This document shows positions 15,591 through 31,254 of a stretch of DNA of 64,000 nucleotides, piece after piece (positions within the stretch are counted from its first letter, which is position 1; each line of letters opens with the position of its first letter). The notes under the pieces were generated by a model. That model was not told the origin of the DNA. It saw only the letters and a list, made by a program, of their open reading frames with translations, and did not search any database. The translations under genes were made by a program, and so were the position numbers. Origin of the DNA: the human T2T-CHM13v2.0 reference genome, Homo sapiens; NCBI RefSeq assembly GCF_009914755.1, contig NC_060930.1, one strand, 5' to 3'.

Positions 15591-17528
15591 AGTTTCTTGA
15601 TTTTTTCTTCCTCAGTATCCTTTTACAACTTAAATCTGAGGATACAACACTTTACTTCAATACCTTGTTCTTAAACAAAGACTGGAGCAGTGAGTACATG
15701 GCTGTGGACCTCATCAGTGTCATCAAATTGATGACATTGACCAACTTTTCCTGGGTTTGGATAGTCTTAGAGATTTTTAGATCGTCTCTCATAGAATTTC
15801 AAGAAATCCTTCCATAAAATACCTAGCTCTAACTTCCGCCTCTTAAGCGAGAAAAGCAAAAATTGAATTAGCGTTTTATGTCCTGCATGATCTCCGTGGA
15901 ACCCGTACAGATCCTGAGGACTAAATGCGCTGACAAGGACACAGGCACAGGCTTTACCGGCCCAGGGATGATGGGAGGAATTTAACCTAAGTGAAAAATT
16001 AATTCTCAAACCTATCCTACCCTGCCAAGATTCACAATCCCATTTTTGCCCTGTCTCTGTGCCACATCCCATATAAGCAACAATTTAACCAAAAACAGAC
16101 TTGAAAATTAATTGTACATCATCCAAGTCAGCGAGATCTTCAGCCCCCCAATTTAGCATCATTGTCCTGGGCAACCAGGCTTGTGGCTCATCCATTTACC
16201 CAAATAGAACCAGCAATATCTTACCCTGGACGAATAGGTGGTAAAAAAAAAATGATTTTTCCCCTCCCTTTGGATCTTTCTGAGGAAAGCTGAGTTGATT
16301 AACAAATAAAAGTTACCAGCTGGTAAGTATCTTGGATCTGTGTTTTGAAGCCGAGGTAATAAGCCTTTTGAACAAACTGCAAAATAAAGGACAAGGAGCA
16401 AATTCAAAAGGACTTTTGTGCAGATTCTTTCCTATCATTTCATGATATGGTTTTCACATCAGATATTTAACAGCTCATCAGTCTGATTATAGTACCATTA
16501 GTCCCACTTCTAAGCCTGATGAGCCACTCTGGTCTTGTTTCTTACAAAAATTAATTTTAGGTTTTTCTCAATTGGGATTAAATGTCAACCAAAATGTACT
16601 ACATGAAAAGTCTTATTAACATTATCATAATAACAACTTATGCTCCTTACACATTAAAGCACATAAGACATTTGCCTACAATGTGTGATTGAAATCCTTT
16701 TCTTACCAACCTTAAAAGAAAAGCAAAAGATGCTGGTACTGAATATGAATAAAACATTCTGTCAAGAGCTTTTTTGCAAATGCTGTTCTAATTCATGCAA
16801 AATCAAATTTATCTCCATTGGATTAAATTTAACTGATTCAGATCCACATGGCTGACCAAGATGGGGTGTTAAATTCCTTTAAAAAATGGTAACTTCGGAA
16901 ATATCCATTGGATTCCCATACTCTTCTATTTGAACAGTCAAATGCCCTTTATGAATTAGCAATGAGATTTGACAGAACTGATTTTCCTTGGAAATTACGT
17001 GAGATGTTCTATTTTTAACCAGAAGCTAAAAAAGTGTGATGAGATCAATGCTTTAAATTAAGTCTGCCTAAAACCTCAAGAAAAAGTTCTCATCAAAGGA
17101 ACCAACAAAATCACAAAAATGAGGAGCAGACTGGGGAAATCCTGGCTAAAATTCTTGATAGACAATAGTTGTCCTGTTATTCTTCTTTGCCAAGATAGCC
17201 AGGTGTCACTGTGATGGCTTAAGAAAAGAAAAGAAAAGGAAAGAAATGACAACACAACTTCCACATGAACAGCCAGAGACTAGAGGAAATCCCCAGTTAC
17301 TGTAACTGAGCTAACTTCAGCATTTATATTCTGAACCACTTCTAGAAATGAAACCTTAAAGGCAAAACTTGGGGTTTTAATCTGACAGAAAAGTGAATTG
17401 GAAACATCTTTAATTTACATTTTAGAAAATGAAGAAAAGCATGTAGAAAAAAAATTGAAAGCCTTACAACCCAGGAACCTAGAAATAATAACTCCTGTAT
17501 TTCTAATATTGTAGGCATTCCCAACCAG

Positions 17529-17847
17529 TTTTTGTTTTTTTTGTTGTTTTGTTTGTTTTGTTTGAGGCGGGGTCTTGCTCCGTTGCCCAGGCTGCAGTGC
17601 AGTGTCATGATCACAGCTCACTGCAGCCTTGAACTCCTGGGTTCAAGCCATCTTCCTGCCTCAGCCTCCCAGGTAGCTAGTACTATAGGTGAGTGCCACC
17701 ACATCTGGCTAATTTTTAAATTTTGTGAGGAGAAAAAGTCTTGCTTTTTTGCCCAGGCTGGTCTTGAACTCCTGGGCTCAAGCGATCCTCCCACCTTGGC
17801 TTCCCAAAGTGATGGGATTTATAGGCATGAGCCACTGCACATGGCCT
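17529..17847 (-). mobile_element. AluJ-like
   Basis: Dimer with J-type wording. Confidence 0.9.
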
Positions 17848-18014
17848 GCTTATTTATTTTAATGTAGTTTTTCTTAAACCTTTGAGGAAAGTCATCACTC
17901 AACGATTATTCCAAGTTGGAAGTATTCAGTGGCACAGCACCATCAAAAAGCCCTGAAAAAGGCATTCTCCAGTCTGAAAAGAGAGCTGAAATAGCCTCTC
18001 CCTTAATAAAAAGT

Positions 18015-18300
<286 letters not shown>

Positions 18301-20084
18301 AAAAATAATAATGATAATGATGATTTCCAGAGGAACTTCTGCAAGTAGGGAAAGCCAGCAGTACCTACAAGCCTCAATTCATCCTGTGTCCCCTTGCCTC
18401 CACCATGACCCAATACCCACTGTTGCTCTGATAAGTGGAACTGGTAGAGTCTTGGGGAAACTTTAATAAGCATTAGAGAGAGTAGAAGGAAAATCAGCAC
18501 AGAGAAGTGGAGGTACAGGCTGGTTTAGGAGGTGCTGGCCTGATCTGCCCATAGCTGGCTGTTCCCAGGCCTTGGTGTGGCCTTCTCTCAATGGTAAGCC
18601 ATGGGCAGCCTCAGTCATTTGCTGAGTTCCAAATGGAAGCCAATCATGAACATCCTCAGCTCAGTCCTGGCAGGCCCCAGCTGCTCTTGCTTCCATTGCT
18701 TAACTTCTCTCCTCATTTCTCTGCTCCAGGCCCACCCTGGGCAAAATTGCAGAGTAGATTCAAGATCCCCTTCAGCAACCTGGTCTCGTGGTTCTGCCCA
18801 GAATAAATGGGTGGGATGACCCATTCTTTATGAATTGTCTTTCTGGAATTGGAGAGCTTTGCAGAGATTAGAAAGAGGCCTCATCTGGGCACACACAGCA
18901 CTTGACACAGGTGTCCCCCCTCCTCCTGCTGAAAGCAGCCGTAGGACACAGGTTAACTAGTGGAGAGCAAGCTGGGTCTCTATCCCACAAGCCTCTCAGC
19001 CTCAGGCCTTTGTGCGGGTCATGAACCAAACAGTTGAGGCATTTGGGGGTCAGGGAACTTTCCTGGTACCTCTGAAATTTCTTCACAGGGGCAAGTGTCT
19101 TTTCCAGTCACCTAAGCAGACCTTGTTCTAGGCATCCCTGGACCAATATCATGGATTACCTTTGAGTTTTTCCTAACTGTTACAAAACGCTTTATGGAAA
19201 AGTTGTTTCTTTTTGCCTAGTGTTTATTTCTGTCTCCAAAGCAAGCTTGCTTTCATTTCTTTCACTTTTCACAATTTGGCAGAAAATGCTTTTCTCATTT
19301 GCCTCTTATGTGAAGACTTTTATCTTCTCACTTCCCCTTTCTTTTCTTCCTAGAAACGTCTTATCTCTTACCATCCCTGAATGTCCCCTCCAAGGTAAGG
19401 GAACCAGCTCTCACTTTTGAGCGTTTACCGAAAAGTTTCCATGCCACGTGGATGTGTCTCCTTGGGAGGGAGGTGCCTCGGGAGGGGGCTGGCTCCTTGG
19501 GGGCCTAGTCAGGCCTCGGGCCTTTCCTGGGCAGAGGTGACGAGGACAGCCAACCTAAAGTAACTGGGTTTCTGGGAAAGCCTAGAGGCCCCAGAGAGTC
19601 CTTTCACACAGTTCTCCACAGGTTACCATAGATATAAGGAAAATTTTTTTCAGCACTGATTTGCTTAAGCACTCTGTAAAATGCCGTTTTGAATTACAAA
19701 TGAAGATGTGTATACCTTACTAAACACAAATATTTAAAATGGCAAATAAAAGAGTTAAGATGATTTAGAAATTTTAATGACCTAATGTATTAGTACAGTT
19801 TTAGTTGGGAGTTGGAGGACCATGGTAGATTAAGGTGAGAGAAAATACTGGGTGCTCAGTTGTTCTAAGCTGTATAATGTTTTGCAAAGTATAATCAAAT
19901 AGAAAGTTGAAAGGTTCCTTGGTAGCTTTAAAATGTAAACTTTATACAAATCATGCAGAATGTTGTTATACTACCCTTCAAGTTATTTCTGGTATGTTAC
20001 ACTTTACATAAATACCTACATTAAGCTTGACTTCTTGATTAGAAAGCAAAGAGGAAAGGGAGCGCATTAAAGTGTTAACACAGG

Positions 20085-20463
20085 TGATATGGTCTGGCTC
20101 TGTTTCCCTACCCAAATCTCATCTTGAATTGTAATCCAGATTGTAATCCCCACGTGTTGTGGGAGGGACCTCATGGGAAGGGATCAGATCATGGGAGCGG
20201 TTCCCCCATGCTGTTCTTCTGATAGTGAGTGAGTTCTCATTAGATCTGATGGTTTTATAAGGGGCTTTTCCCCACTTCGCTCAGCATTTCTTTCTCTTGC
20301 AACCATGTGAAGAAGGACATGTTTGCTTCCCCTTCTGCCATGATTGTAAATTTCCTGAGGCCTTCCCAGCCATGTGGAACTGTGAGTCAATTAAACCTCT
20401 TTCCTTTATAAATTACCCAGTCTTGGATATTTCTTCCTAGCAGCATGAGAATAGACTAATACA
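20085..20463 (+). mobile_element. THE1C/D-like MaLR solo LTR
   Basis: tgatatggtctggctctg..cccaaatctcatcttgaattg ... gactaataca; TSD acagg/actgg. Confidence 0.9.
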
Positions 20464-22099
20464 ACTGGGCATCAAAAATTCAGGATTTGAAAATTTGGGC
20501 ATTAACAGGAGAGGGGCAATATTACTTCCCACCAAAGCAATATACAAATCTTATTTTTAAATTTGCTAATACACGTGATATTCCTTCCGACAATTACATT
20601 ACTTTTTAAAATCTAAACTATTTGTTATTAAAATGTACAAAAGACTTTTGGTAAAACATTTAGATGGCAGGCAAAATGAATGAACCAAACAATTGGATAA
20701 ATCTCATTAGTTTAATAAATGGTAACTAAAAACTAAAGTGCCAAAAGATTACATACAATATTATCCACACCTTTTTCACAACATTTAGAATAACTACAAT
20801 AAAAGTATACACTTTTTAGGAATATGTGCAATAAAACTCTATAAAAAGGAAAGCAAGGGTATGAGGAACATGGAATTCAGGAGGAAGATGATCATGGGTG
20901 GACAGAGGATGAGGCAGGAGTGAGGGAACCAAGTAGTTAAATGTAAATTATTTTAAAGATCTTAGCTTTTATTTTGAATGGTGGCTTCCCAGACACTAGC
21001 TGCAGTATTAAAATGACTAACCCAGGAAATAAAGGAAAGGGAAAAGATAATATTGACAGTATCTAGAAATGTACAAATATATAAAACATATTGAATTTCT
21101 AGACCAATATCCCATAAGTGTCCATTGCTGACAATTTTCTCTATATCTTTCCCCAATTTTTAATCTTGGCATTTTAAAGCATATCCTAATTCCCCAATTA
21201 AAAAGCAATAAATAGCACACATGCCCAGAGAAAAGGCCATAAGTGAAGTCACTTGTGTTAATAGTGATCATAAGAAGAGGCTATTGCATAAGTTACAATA
21301 TGTACAGTACACTAAAGTCTTTGGAAAGCACGGTAGAGTTAAGTCTTTTGCAAAAGACCTGAAAACTGTTGGTGATGGCAACCCACAGCTTCCTCCTAAC
21401 TCAATTCAGACTGCTCTCTGCCCTCAGAGCTGCTGGACAGATAAGTCTTGAAGCTGTTTCTGTCTGACCTGAACTCCTAGGTTTAGACTAGAGCAAGGCA
21501 GCGGGGCTGGCGAGGACAGAAGGCTCTTAACAAATCATCATCCACCTCCTCACCTTCTAGAAAACAACAGACTCTTCAGCATCCAGAATCCAGCAGAAGA
21601 GAGACTGAAGTTTCTCTTTTTGTAAGAGAATTGGGTATAATAAATAAATAAATAACCTTTGTAGGTCTAGACCCCAAATGGAGAGAACATATTAATTCCT
21701 TGTTTAGTCTCTTCCTGGGACAAAGGTCCCACTCAGTCCTTTCTAATGGAGACCATGGCTGTCAGTCTCTAAGCAGGCTACCCCTTTAGCTTCTCCATAG
21801 AACAGATCACCAGTCTGCTTCCCAAACAGCCTACTTTCTCGATCCTATCTTAAGGAAGTCACACATCTCACACCATAAGCTTGAGCTGCATGTGGGGAAA
21901 GTGGGAAGGAAGTGGAGATGAAAGAGGAAATTACACCCCTAGCAGTTACAAATGACGGACTTAGATAGCATTGTCTAACCCAGGCCATTGGAATTCTGCA
22001 CCATCCCCACTGCCCCTCTGCCTCCAACTGGGTTGCCACCATCTCTTCAATAAGCAATTAGATTTAATTAACATTGCACCCCGCATTTAGATGGTAGCG

Positions 22100-22295
22100 A
22101 ATAGTGTGCCAGCAGACATTTAACAATTGGTTCTATGAAGAAAAAGCGTTTGTAACGTGTCTATTTCCATGGTGTAAATGCTCTCATGGTGGCCAATTTC
22201 AAGCTGTCAACATGATGTCACCAGATGCAGATTGGGAACTGATACCACAGTCAGGTCTTGTGAGCTGCATTGAGCTGGCTCCCTCACACCACTAA
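22100..22295. mobile_element. MER63-like hAT DNA transposon relic
   Basis: tttccatggtgtaaatgctctcatggtggccaatttcaagctgtcaac..gagctggctcc..cacaccacta resembles the recalled MER63 consensus. Confidence 0.6.
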
Positions 22296-22477
22296 TTGTA
22301 ATGCTTTCATTATAAGGTATTATTATTTTGGTAAGTGGATCTACAATTGGCCAATATTTTGCAGCCATGCCTCAGTTTCTTCATTGTTAAAAATGGTAAA
22401 ATAAGAACCACTTCTCCAGATTATCATGAGAGTCAAAGTGCAAAGCACATAAAATTTTCAAACCTTGTCAGTCCTGA

Positions 22478-22850
22478 CTGGTTGCAGTGGCTCATGCCTG
22501 TAATCCCAGCACTTTGAGAAAGCCATGGTGGGAAGATGTCTTGAGCCCAGGAGTTTAAGACCAGCCTAAGCAACATAGCAAGACCCTGTCTCTACAAAAA
22601 ATTTTTAAAAATAACCAGTCTGGTGACACATGCCTGTAGTCTCAGCTATTTGGAAGGCTGAGGTGGGAGGATTGCCAGAACCCAAGAGTGTGAGGCTGCA
22701 CTGAGCTATGATCGTGCCACTGCATGTCAGCCTGAGCAAGAGAGGGAGACCTAGTACTTTGGGAGGCTGAGGCAGGAATATCACTTGTGGTCAGGAGTTC
22801 AAGACCATCCTGGGCAACATAGTAAGATTCTGTCTCAAACAATAACAATA
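22478..22850 (+). mobile_element. AluJ-like dimer fused to a left-monomer fragment
   Basis: The right arm runs directly into ..agtactttgggaggctgaggc. Confidence 0.8.
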
Positions 22851-22877
22851 ATAATAATTTAAAAATATATACATCAA

Positions 22878-23563
<686 letters not shown>

Positions 23564-23613
23564 CAATCCTGCTTCCGTCATCCTCTTGTCTTCTCATGTT
23601 GCACTTTCATTCC

Positions 23614-24676
<1,063 letters not shown>

Positions 24677-25374
24677 TTCCTCTTCCTCATTGTGAAGGCA
24701 CAATCCCACCAGGGACACAAGTCCATGGAAGCAACACTTGGAACCTAGGAGTTGGAGATGTGCTCCAGTCAACAGCTGGTTGGAATGCTGAGAGGTTATT
24801 TTCTTATAGGAAAATGTTGGCAGACTCTATATGACATTGAGTTCAGCACAGTGAATGAGTCTACCTGTAAAGGGTTCTGTTTGTGCTTGGTATTCCCCAT
24901 AATGATACTCTTAAGGATCCTTATGGAAATAAGTAATGGGTCTTCTCTGGTGACAGGTTCTACATACCAGTGAGCTTCACACTGAGGGAGATTCTACAGT
25001 AAGACTGGCACTATCTTGCCCCACAGATACAATGTAGGTTAAGTAGGTTTTGGTGGGGTTTCTCCATTTGCTATGGAAGGCAGTTTTGTGAAAAATTGCA
25101 TTCCCAATTCCCAACCTATTTAACCCATGTTGAATTCAACCTGTTAATATTTGGGGGACTATAAATATATAAAGATACAGACCCTATGTTAAATGAAAAT
25201 TATAGATTTAAGAATTCTTTCTCTACTCTTCCTCTTCCAATAATGAAGTCATATCTCTCTTTCTTCATTGCCAAGTTTCTAGAAAGAGTGATGTACCCTT
25301 GCCTCCACCTCACTTGGTAGACCACACAGGCAGGTTTTCATTCTGTGTGCTTCCCTGACATGGCTCTGGCTTTT

Positions 25375-25695
<321 letters not shown>

Positions 25696-25829
25696 CTTTG
25701 TAGTGTTTTTTAATCCATATATTTATAAATTCTTGATAATTCAAGCTCTGGAAGGACAGAAACTGTGTCTTCACCTCTGTAGACCTAGCACTGAGCACAG
25801 GCAGGGACATATAGAAGGTGCGTATGCCA

Positions 25830-26060
25830 GTAGCTACCGTTTGTTGAGCACTGTGCCAGACATTGTGCTATGAGCTTTATGTGTACTCAATCTTTTAATC
25901 TGCACAACGGTTTTATGAAGCTAGGGCTTGCATTATCTCCATTGCATAGATGGAGATACTGAGGCACAGGGAGTTTACGAAGTTTGCCTGAGGTTGCACA
26001 TCTAGTAAGAGGCAGAGCAGGGATTTGAATCTGGGCTGTCTAGAGCCCACACTCTTAGCA
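25830..26060 (-). mobile_element. MIR
   Basis: agatggagatactgaggcacagggag..gcctgaggttgcacatctagtaagaggcagagcagggatttgaa is the reverse of the MIR core. Confidence 0.8.
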
Positions 26061-26442
26061 TTTATATTCTATGGCCTAACAACTAATAGTGGTTAATCTT
26101 CATAAATAAAACTAAGATGTTACCTTATAACATCTTAAAATCTTTACAATTAAAGATTTTTAATGATAAATAATGTAATCTTTGTAAATAAAATTAATAT
26201 TTTGCACGCAAAATCACTTTTGGGGCCCCAGGAAGGTCATCCTAATGCTGTAGGTTTTCATCCTCTAAAGCAGCTGAAACATGAAACCATTGTCAGGGCA
26301 GCACAGGCAATAGGTACGAAGGAGCCATAGAGAGAGAAACCTACAGTGTTTCACCTTTGAGCCCCAAACCAAAAACCACAAGAACAAAGGCTTTGATGGA
26401 CCAGGATAAATTTGCAATGAAGCTCCTTCTTGCATGGGCCAC

Positions 26443-26962
26443 TGTCATGGGTCAAATTGTCTACTCCCAAAAAAGATATACTGAAATCCTAACCTCCAGT
26501 AGTTCAAATGCGACCTAATTAGGGTCTTTACAGGCCTAATTGGAAAATAGAGTCTTTACAGACCTAATTGGAAAATGAGGTCATTAGATTGGGCCCTAGG
26601 CCAATATGACTGGTGTCTGTTTAAAAAGAGGAAATTTGGACACAGAGACAAACATGCACACAGGGAGGGAGAACACCCTGTGAAGATGAAGACAGCCAGT
26701 GCGGTGACCATCTCTCCACAAGCCAAGGAATGCCAGAGATGGCCAGCACCAGAAGTAAGGAGTGAGACACAGAACAGATTCCCCCTCACAACCCTCAGAA
26801 GGAACCAACCCTGCCAACACCTTGATCTGACTTCCAGTCTCCAGAGCTATGAGACAATAAATTGCTTCTGGTTAAGCCCCCTCCCACCCCAAACTGGGCT
26901 CCCATCCCACAAGCCCGGTTTGTGGTGGTACATTGTTATAGCCTCGCTAGGACATTAATACA
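26443..26962 (+). mobile_element. MLT1B/C-like solo LTR
   Basis: MLT1 body (ccaaggaatgcc..gaaggaaccaaccctgccaacaccttgat); TSD gccac/gccag. Confidence 0.85.
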
Positions 26963-28578
26963 GCCAGTCTTTGCAGGTGTTCCTGGATTATTAGAAGCTG
27001 GATTGACATTGGTGGTACGTGATTCTTCTGATTCATAAAAAGAGGCCAGTGAGGGAATGAAAAAGCAACAAAGGAGGGATAAAGAGTATAAATCACTGTG
27101 GGCTGAGGAGGGTTTCATTAGATCTCAGGCTTGACCTACCATGTTGGAAGGGGGATAAGACTGAGGCAAACAGAGAGAAGAAAATAGGAAGAGCGTCCAG
27201 TGTGATCAAAGGAGCAGAGGGGGAGTGTGCATAATGCCTCAGAAGCAGTAAGTAGACCAGCACAACCAAATACAGGGCTCTGGCGGAGAAGAATCTGGAT
27301 GGCAACGGTTTACAAAATGAAAACCTTAAAATATGGCATGATTCCATATGCCAGACGTCAATACAGAGTGGATATAAAACCTTTTATTCATTCAACAAGT
27401 ATTCTTGCATGCTTAGTGTGTTTGTGATACTATGCCAAGTGTGGGCATAATTCATGAAATCTCAAGGCAAACAAAATGCTGAGATTTCAGCCAAGCTTCA
27501 TCTTTGATGACAGCAGCAGTCAATTTGACTTTCCAATGTTCAGCCGAGTTATTTCTTAAAATAGTCCTAGTACTAAACTCCTCTGAACACTTTGAATAAG
27601 GAAACAAGGTTTCTATTAAGGGACCCCAGATATGGGTATAAGAGAGTCACATAACTTTATAAACTTTATACAAGTACTAAATTAGAGTTATCCTATCTGA
27701 TACTATCACTTAGAGGATTTTGAAAGGAAATTGATATTTTCACTACAACCTTCCTGAAGTCCTCCTTCTGATAAAGAAAACCAGGGATGAAACCCAACCC
27801 TCTAAATATATTTTTAATAAAAAAATCAATGGATGTCAATTTTCAGGTTGGAGGTTTATTAAATGTCTTCTTGTGTACTCTTCAATCTTTCTGCAGTCAC
27901 CGTCTGTTTTATTCAACTCATGACTGCCTAGCTATACTGCTAATCTAAGTAATATTTACTTTACCACTCATCAATATTTGCCACTTTTAGTAAATATTAT
28001 ACCATTATACTACTTAAAGATTTATTAAGCAGTTAAAATTGAGTCTTTACCTCATTTAGTATTTATCTTTGAACAGACTGAGTACAGCATAAATAGTCAT
28101 AGCTGAATTCAGAATTCTTATTTTTAGTGTAATTGGACCAAAAATCATTCTGCACACCTGGAAAGGTGTTGACCAAAGCATCAATAAAGACAAAGCCTGT
28201 TTATTAATGACCCCAGCTCCAAACCTTGCTGGAAAATACTAGGTAACCTTTAATTAAAATTACAAATAAACTTTTAATCAATCTTAAAGCATACACTGAC
28301 TGAGTTTGTCAGTAAACTCGCACCAACCTAATACCTTGAACAAGTCTTCATATTCTACATTTCTTTTTCACTGGGTGAAATTCTGAAAATCCAGTATTAT
28401 TTCTCCTATAGCCACAGTGAGTCAGCTTCTGAGTGGCCAAAGAAAACTCATAGAAGGTGGAAAGGGGCGATAAGACTTGCTTCCTTGACACCCGTAAGTG
28501 CTTCAAACTCCACTGAGAAGGAAAGAAGGAAGGGGCACAAACCCCTGGTGAGTCGCCGGTGGACCTGTGACCCAAAGG

Positions 28579-28880
28579 TCATTCATTCTGCAAACGTTTA
28601 TGAAGCAGCTACTATATGCTAGGCACAGTGCCAGGTGCTGAGGCTATGATTTTGCATAAGACAGACCCTATAGGTTCTCGTTGCCTCGTGGAGAGACAGA
28701 AAATAGCCAAATAAGCAAGAAAAAATTCAGAAGCTGATCATTCCAAGAAATTTTAAATAGAATAATTTGATAGACAGAGTTGACTGGTGCCTCTGAATTT
28801 CAGGTCAAGGAAAACCTCTCTGAGGAGGTGGCAGCTACGTCTGAAAGATGTTAGTGCAAAGGCCCTGAGGCACGAAAGAA
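28579..28880 (-). mobile_element. L2 3' fragment
   Basis: tcattcattc..ctactatatgctaggcacagtgccaggtgctg..aaaacctctctgaggaggtg. Confidence 0.65.
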
Positions 28881-29278
28881 CTTGAAGGCAGCTTCTGGAA
28901 ATAAAAAGAAAGTCCACCCCCCTTCCCCCAGTGTGCGCAATAATCATGTACTATTTTATAATGAGAAAAAATGTTACTTTGGGGGGACAAACTTCATATC
29001 CTTTAACACTTGTGGACATCAATCTTAACGAAATTCTAAATGTAGAAAAAACCTTTTCGGCACAATGATATTCACAGCAGCATCATAATAGTGAAAAAAC
29101 AGAAACAACCTAAATGACCAACAACAGATAAGTGGTTATATAAATTGCAGCATATCCATTTTCTAGGGATTCTATACTCAAAATTATTAAGACTTCTTTT
29201 CTACCTGGTCTTTTCTATTTTCTAAATTCCCTTTAATGAATATGAATTACCTTTATGATTTAAAAAAAAAAATGAGCT

Positions 29279-29638
<360 letters not shown>

Positions 29639-29796
29639 TCATGGCTGTGGGTCTAGAATCCAGAATCACAAGAAAACTAGGGTTTGAGTGGTGTCATAGA
29701 TCAGATTTCCTGGAAAACAGATTCTGAGAGGGAGATCTGCAAATAGATAATTTGTTGGTGTTGTGGGTTGAATGGTACCCTCTCAAAAGATAGATT

Positions 29797-31254
29797 TGTT
29801 AAAGTAGGCAGATAGCTAGACATGAGCAGGTGGGGCAGCCCCTGAGAAAAGGGAGGCCTGGAAAATCTCACACCCCAGAGATCACCCAAAACCTGCATGT
29901 GAGATGTGAGCAGAGAGGAGGGAAAATACCTTGGCAGAAAGGAACGCCTCTTAAGACCCCAGTAATTGCTCACTCTGCAGTTCACCTGTCACATTGTCGC
30001 TAGCTACATGCTAATAGGGCAAAGGAGAAATTCCGAAGAGAAATGCAGGCACAATAAGATTTGACCACTGTACAACATTCCTTGAGTGGCAGTAATGAGC
30101 AATGCAGCCATTAGGTAGAATCCATATTCAACACGGAACCCACACGTGTGCACCATTAGTAAGGGAGGGTCCCACAAGCCTGGGGTGGGAACTAGGTATG
30201 AAAAAGGTAGGGACTTAAGGCAGAAGCAGGAAAATTAGACAAAGAAAAAAGGCAGAGACTTAAGACAGAGGTGGGAACGCCAAGAAAAAAAAAATCAACA
30301 TCATAAAAACCCAGCGCAGAGTTCTCGGGCTGCTGCTGGCCCACTCTCTTTCAGCAGCCTGCTCGGGCTTATCTTTCAGAGTGTCCTGGCTCTCTAAATA
30401 AACTCTCTGCTCTCTATTTTCCTTCAGTAAATTCTCTTTTTTTGAGTAAATTAGTTGCTTGGCAGAATTCTTTCTTCCAAGTAAGACTAAAAACCAAGGA
30501 TCCTGAAACTGCCATTGCAAAATTATAACTGAGACAGTGAAAGAGATCTAACCTAAACAACTTCATCTTGTTTCTAACTTCCAAGCTGTCCATGTTCACT
30601 CCTGGGCATAGGCTGAACTAACTTTGGGAGGAACTTAGTTTATAGTTAAACTTTAAAACAAAGACAATAACAGCCTTTTCCCAAAACAAACCCCCTTCCT
30701 GCCTGGGGACTAGACTGCCTTGGTAGGACTAACAAATTATCCAAAAGATGAGAAATTATGGTTTAGGAGTCATACAGCTGGCGGTTACAAGAGTCTGGAG
30801 TCTGACCCACCTCAAATTGCTCCTTGGCATAACATCACTATTGTAAAGCCTAAGGTCAGTGCTTGAGATATTTTGCAGACTCTAAACATGATGGATCATC
30901 TGGCACCACCCACATTGATAAACTAGCTCATCTGGTCTTGTGGCCCTCACCCAGGAACTGACTCAGCACAAGAAGACAGCTTCCACTCCCTATGACTTCA
31001 TCTCTGACCCAACCAATCAGCACTCCCGACTCACTGGCCCCACGACCCAGCAAATTATCCTTAAAAGCTCTGATCCTTGAGTGCTCCAGGAAACTGATTT
31101 GAGAAAGAATAAAACTCCAGTCTCCTGCACAGTCACCTCTGCATGAATTACTCTTTCTCTATTGCAATTTCCTTGTTTTGACAATTCAGTTTTGTCTAGG
31201 CCGTGGGCGAGGTGAACCTGTTGGGTGGCTACAGTTCCCTTCTTTCTGGTAAGA
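29797..31254 (+). mobile_element. ERV1 solo LTR (MER50/MER66-like), interrupted by LTR8
   Basis: tgttaaagtaggcagatagctagacatgagcagg...tctggtaaga; TSD gatt/ggtt. Confidence 0.65.
30504..31233 (+). mobile_element. LTR8 solo LTR
   Basis: tgaaactgccattgcaaaattataactgagacagtgaaagagatctaacc ... gggtggctaca. Confidence 0.88.

Noticed and set aside
15767-16407. Possible processed pseudogene on the minus strand
   Set aside because: No recognisable parent protein, poly(A) tail or TSD
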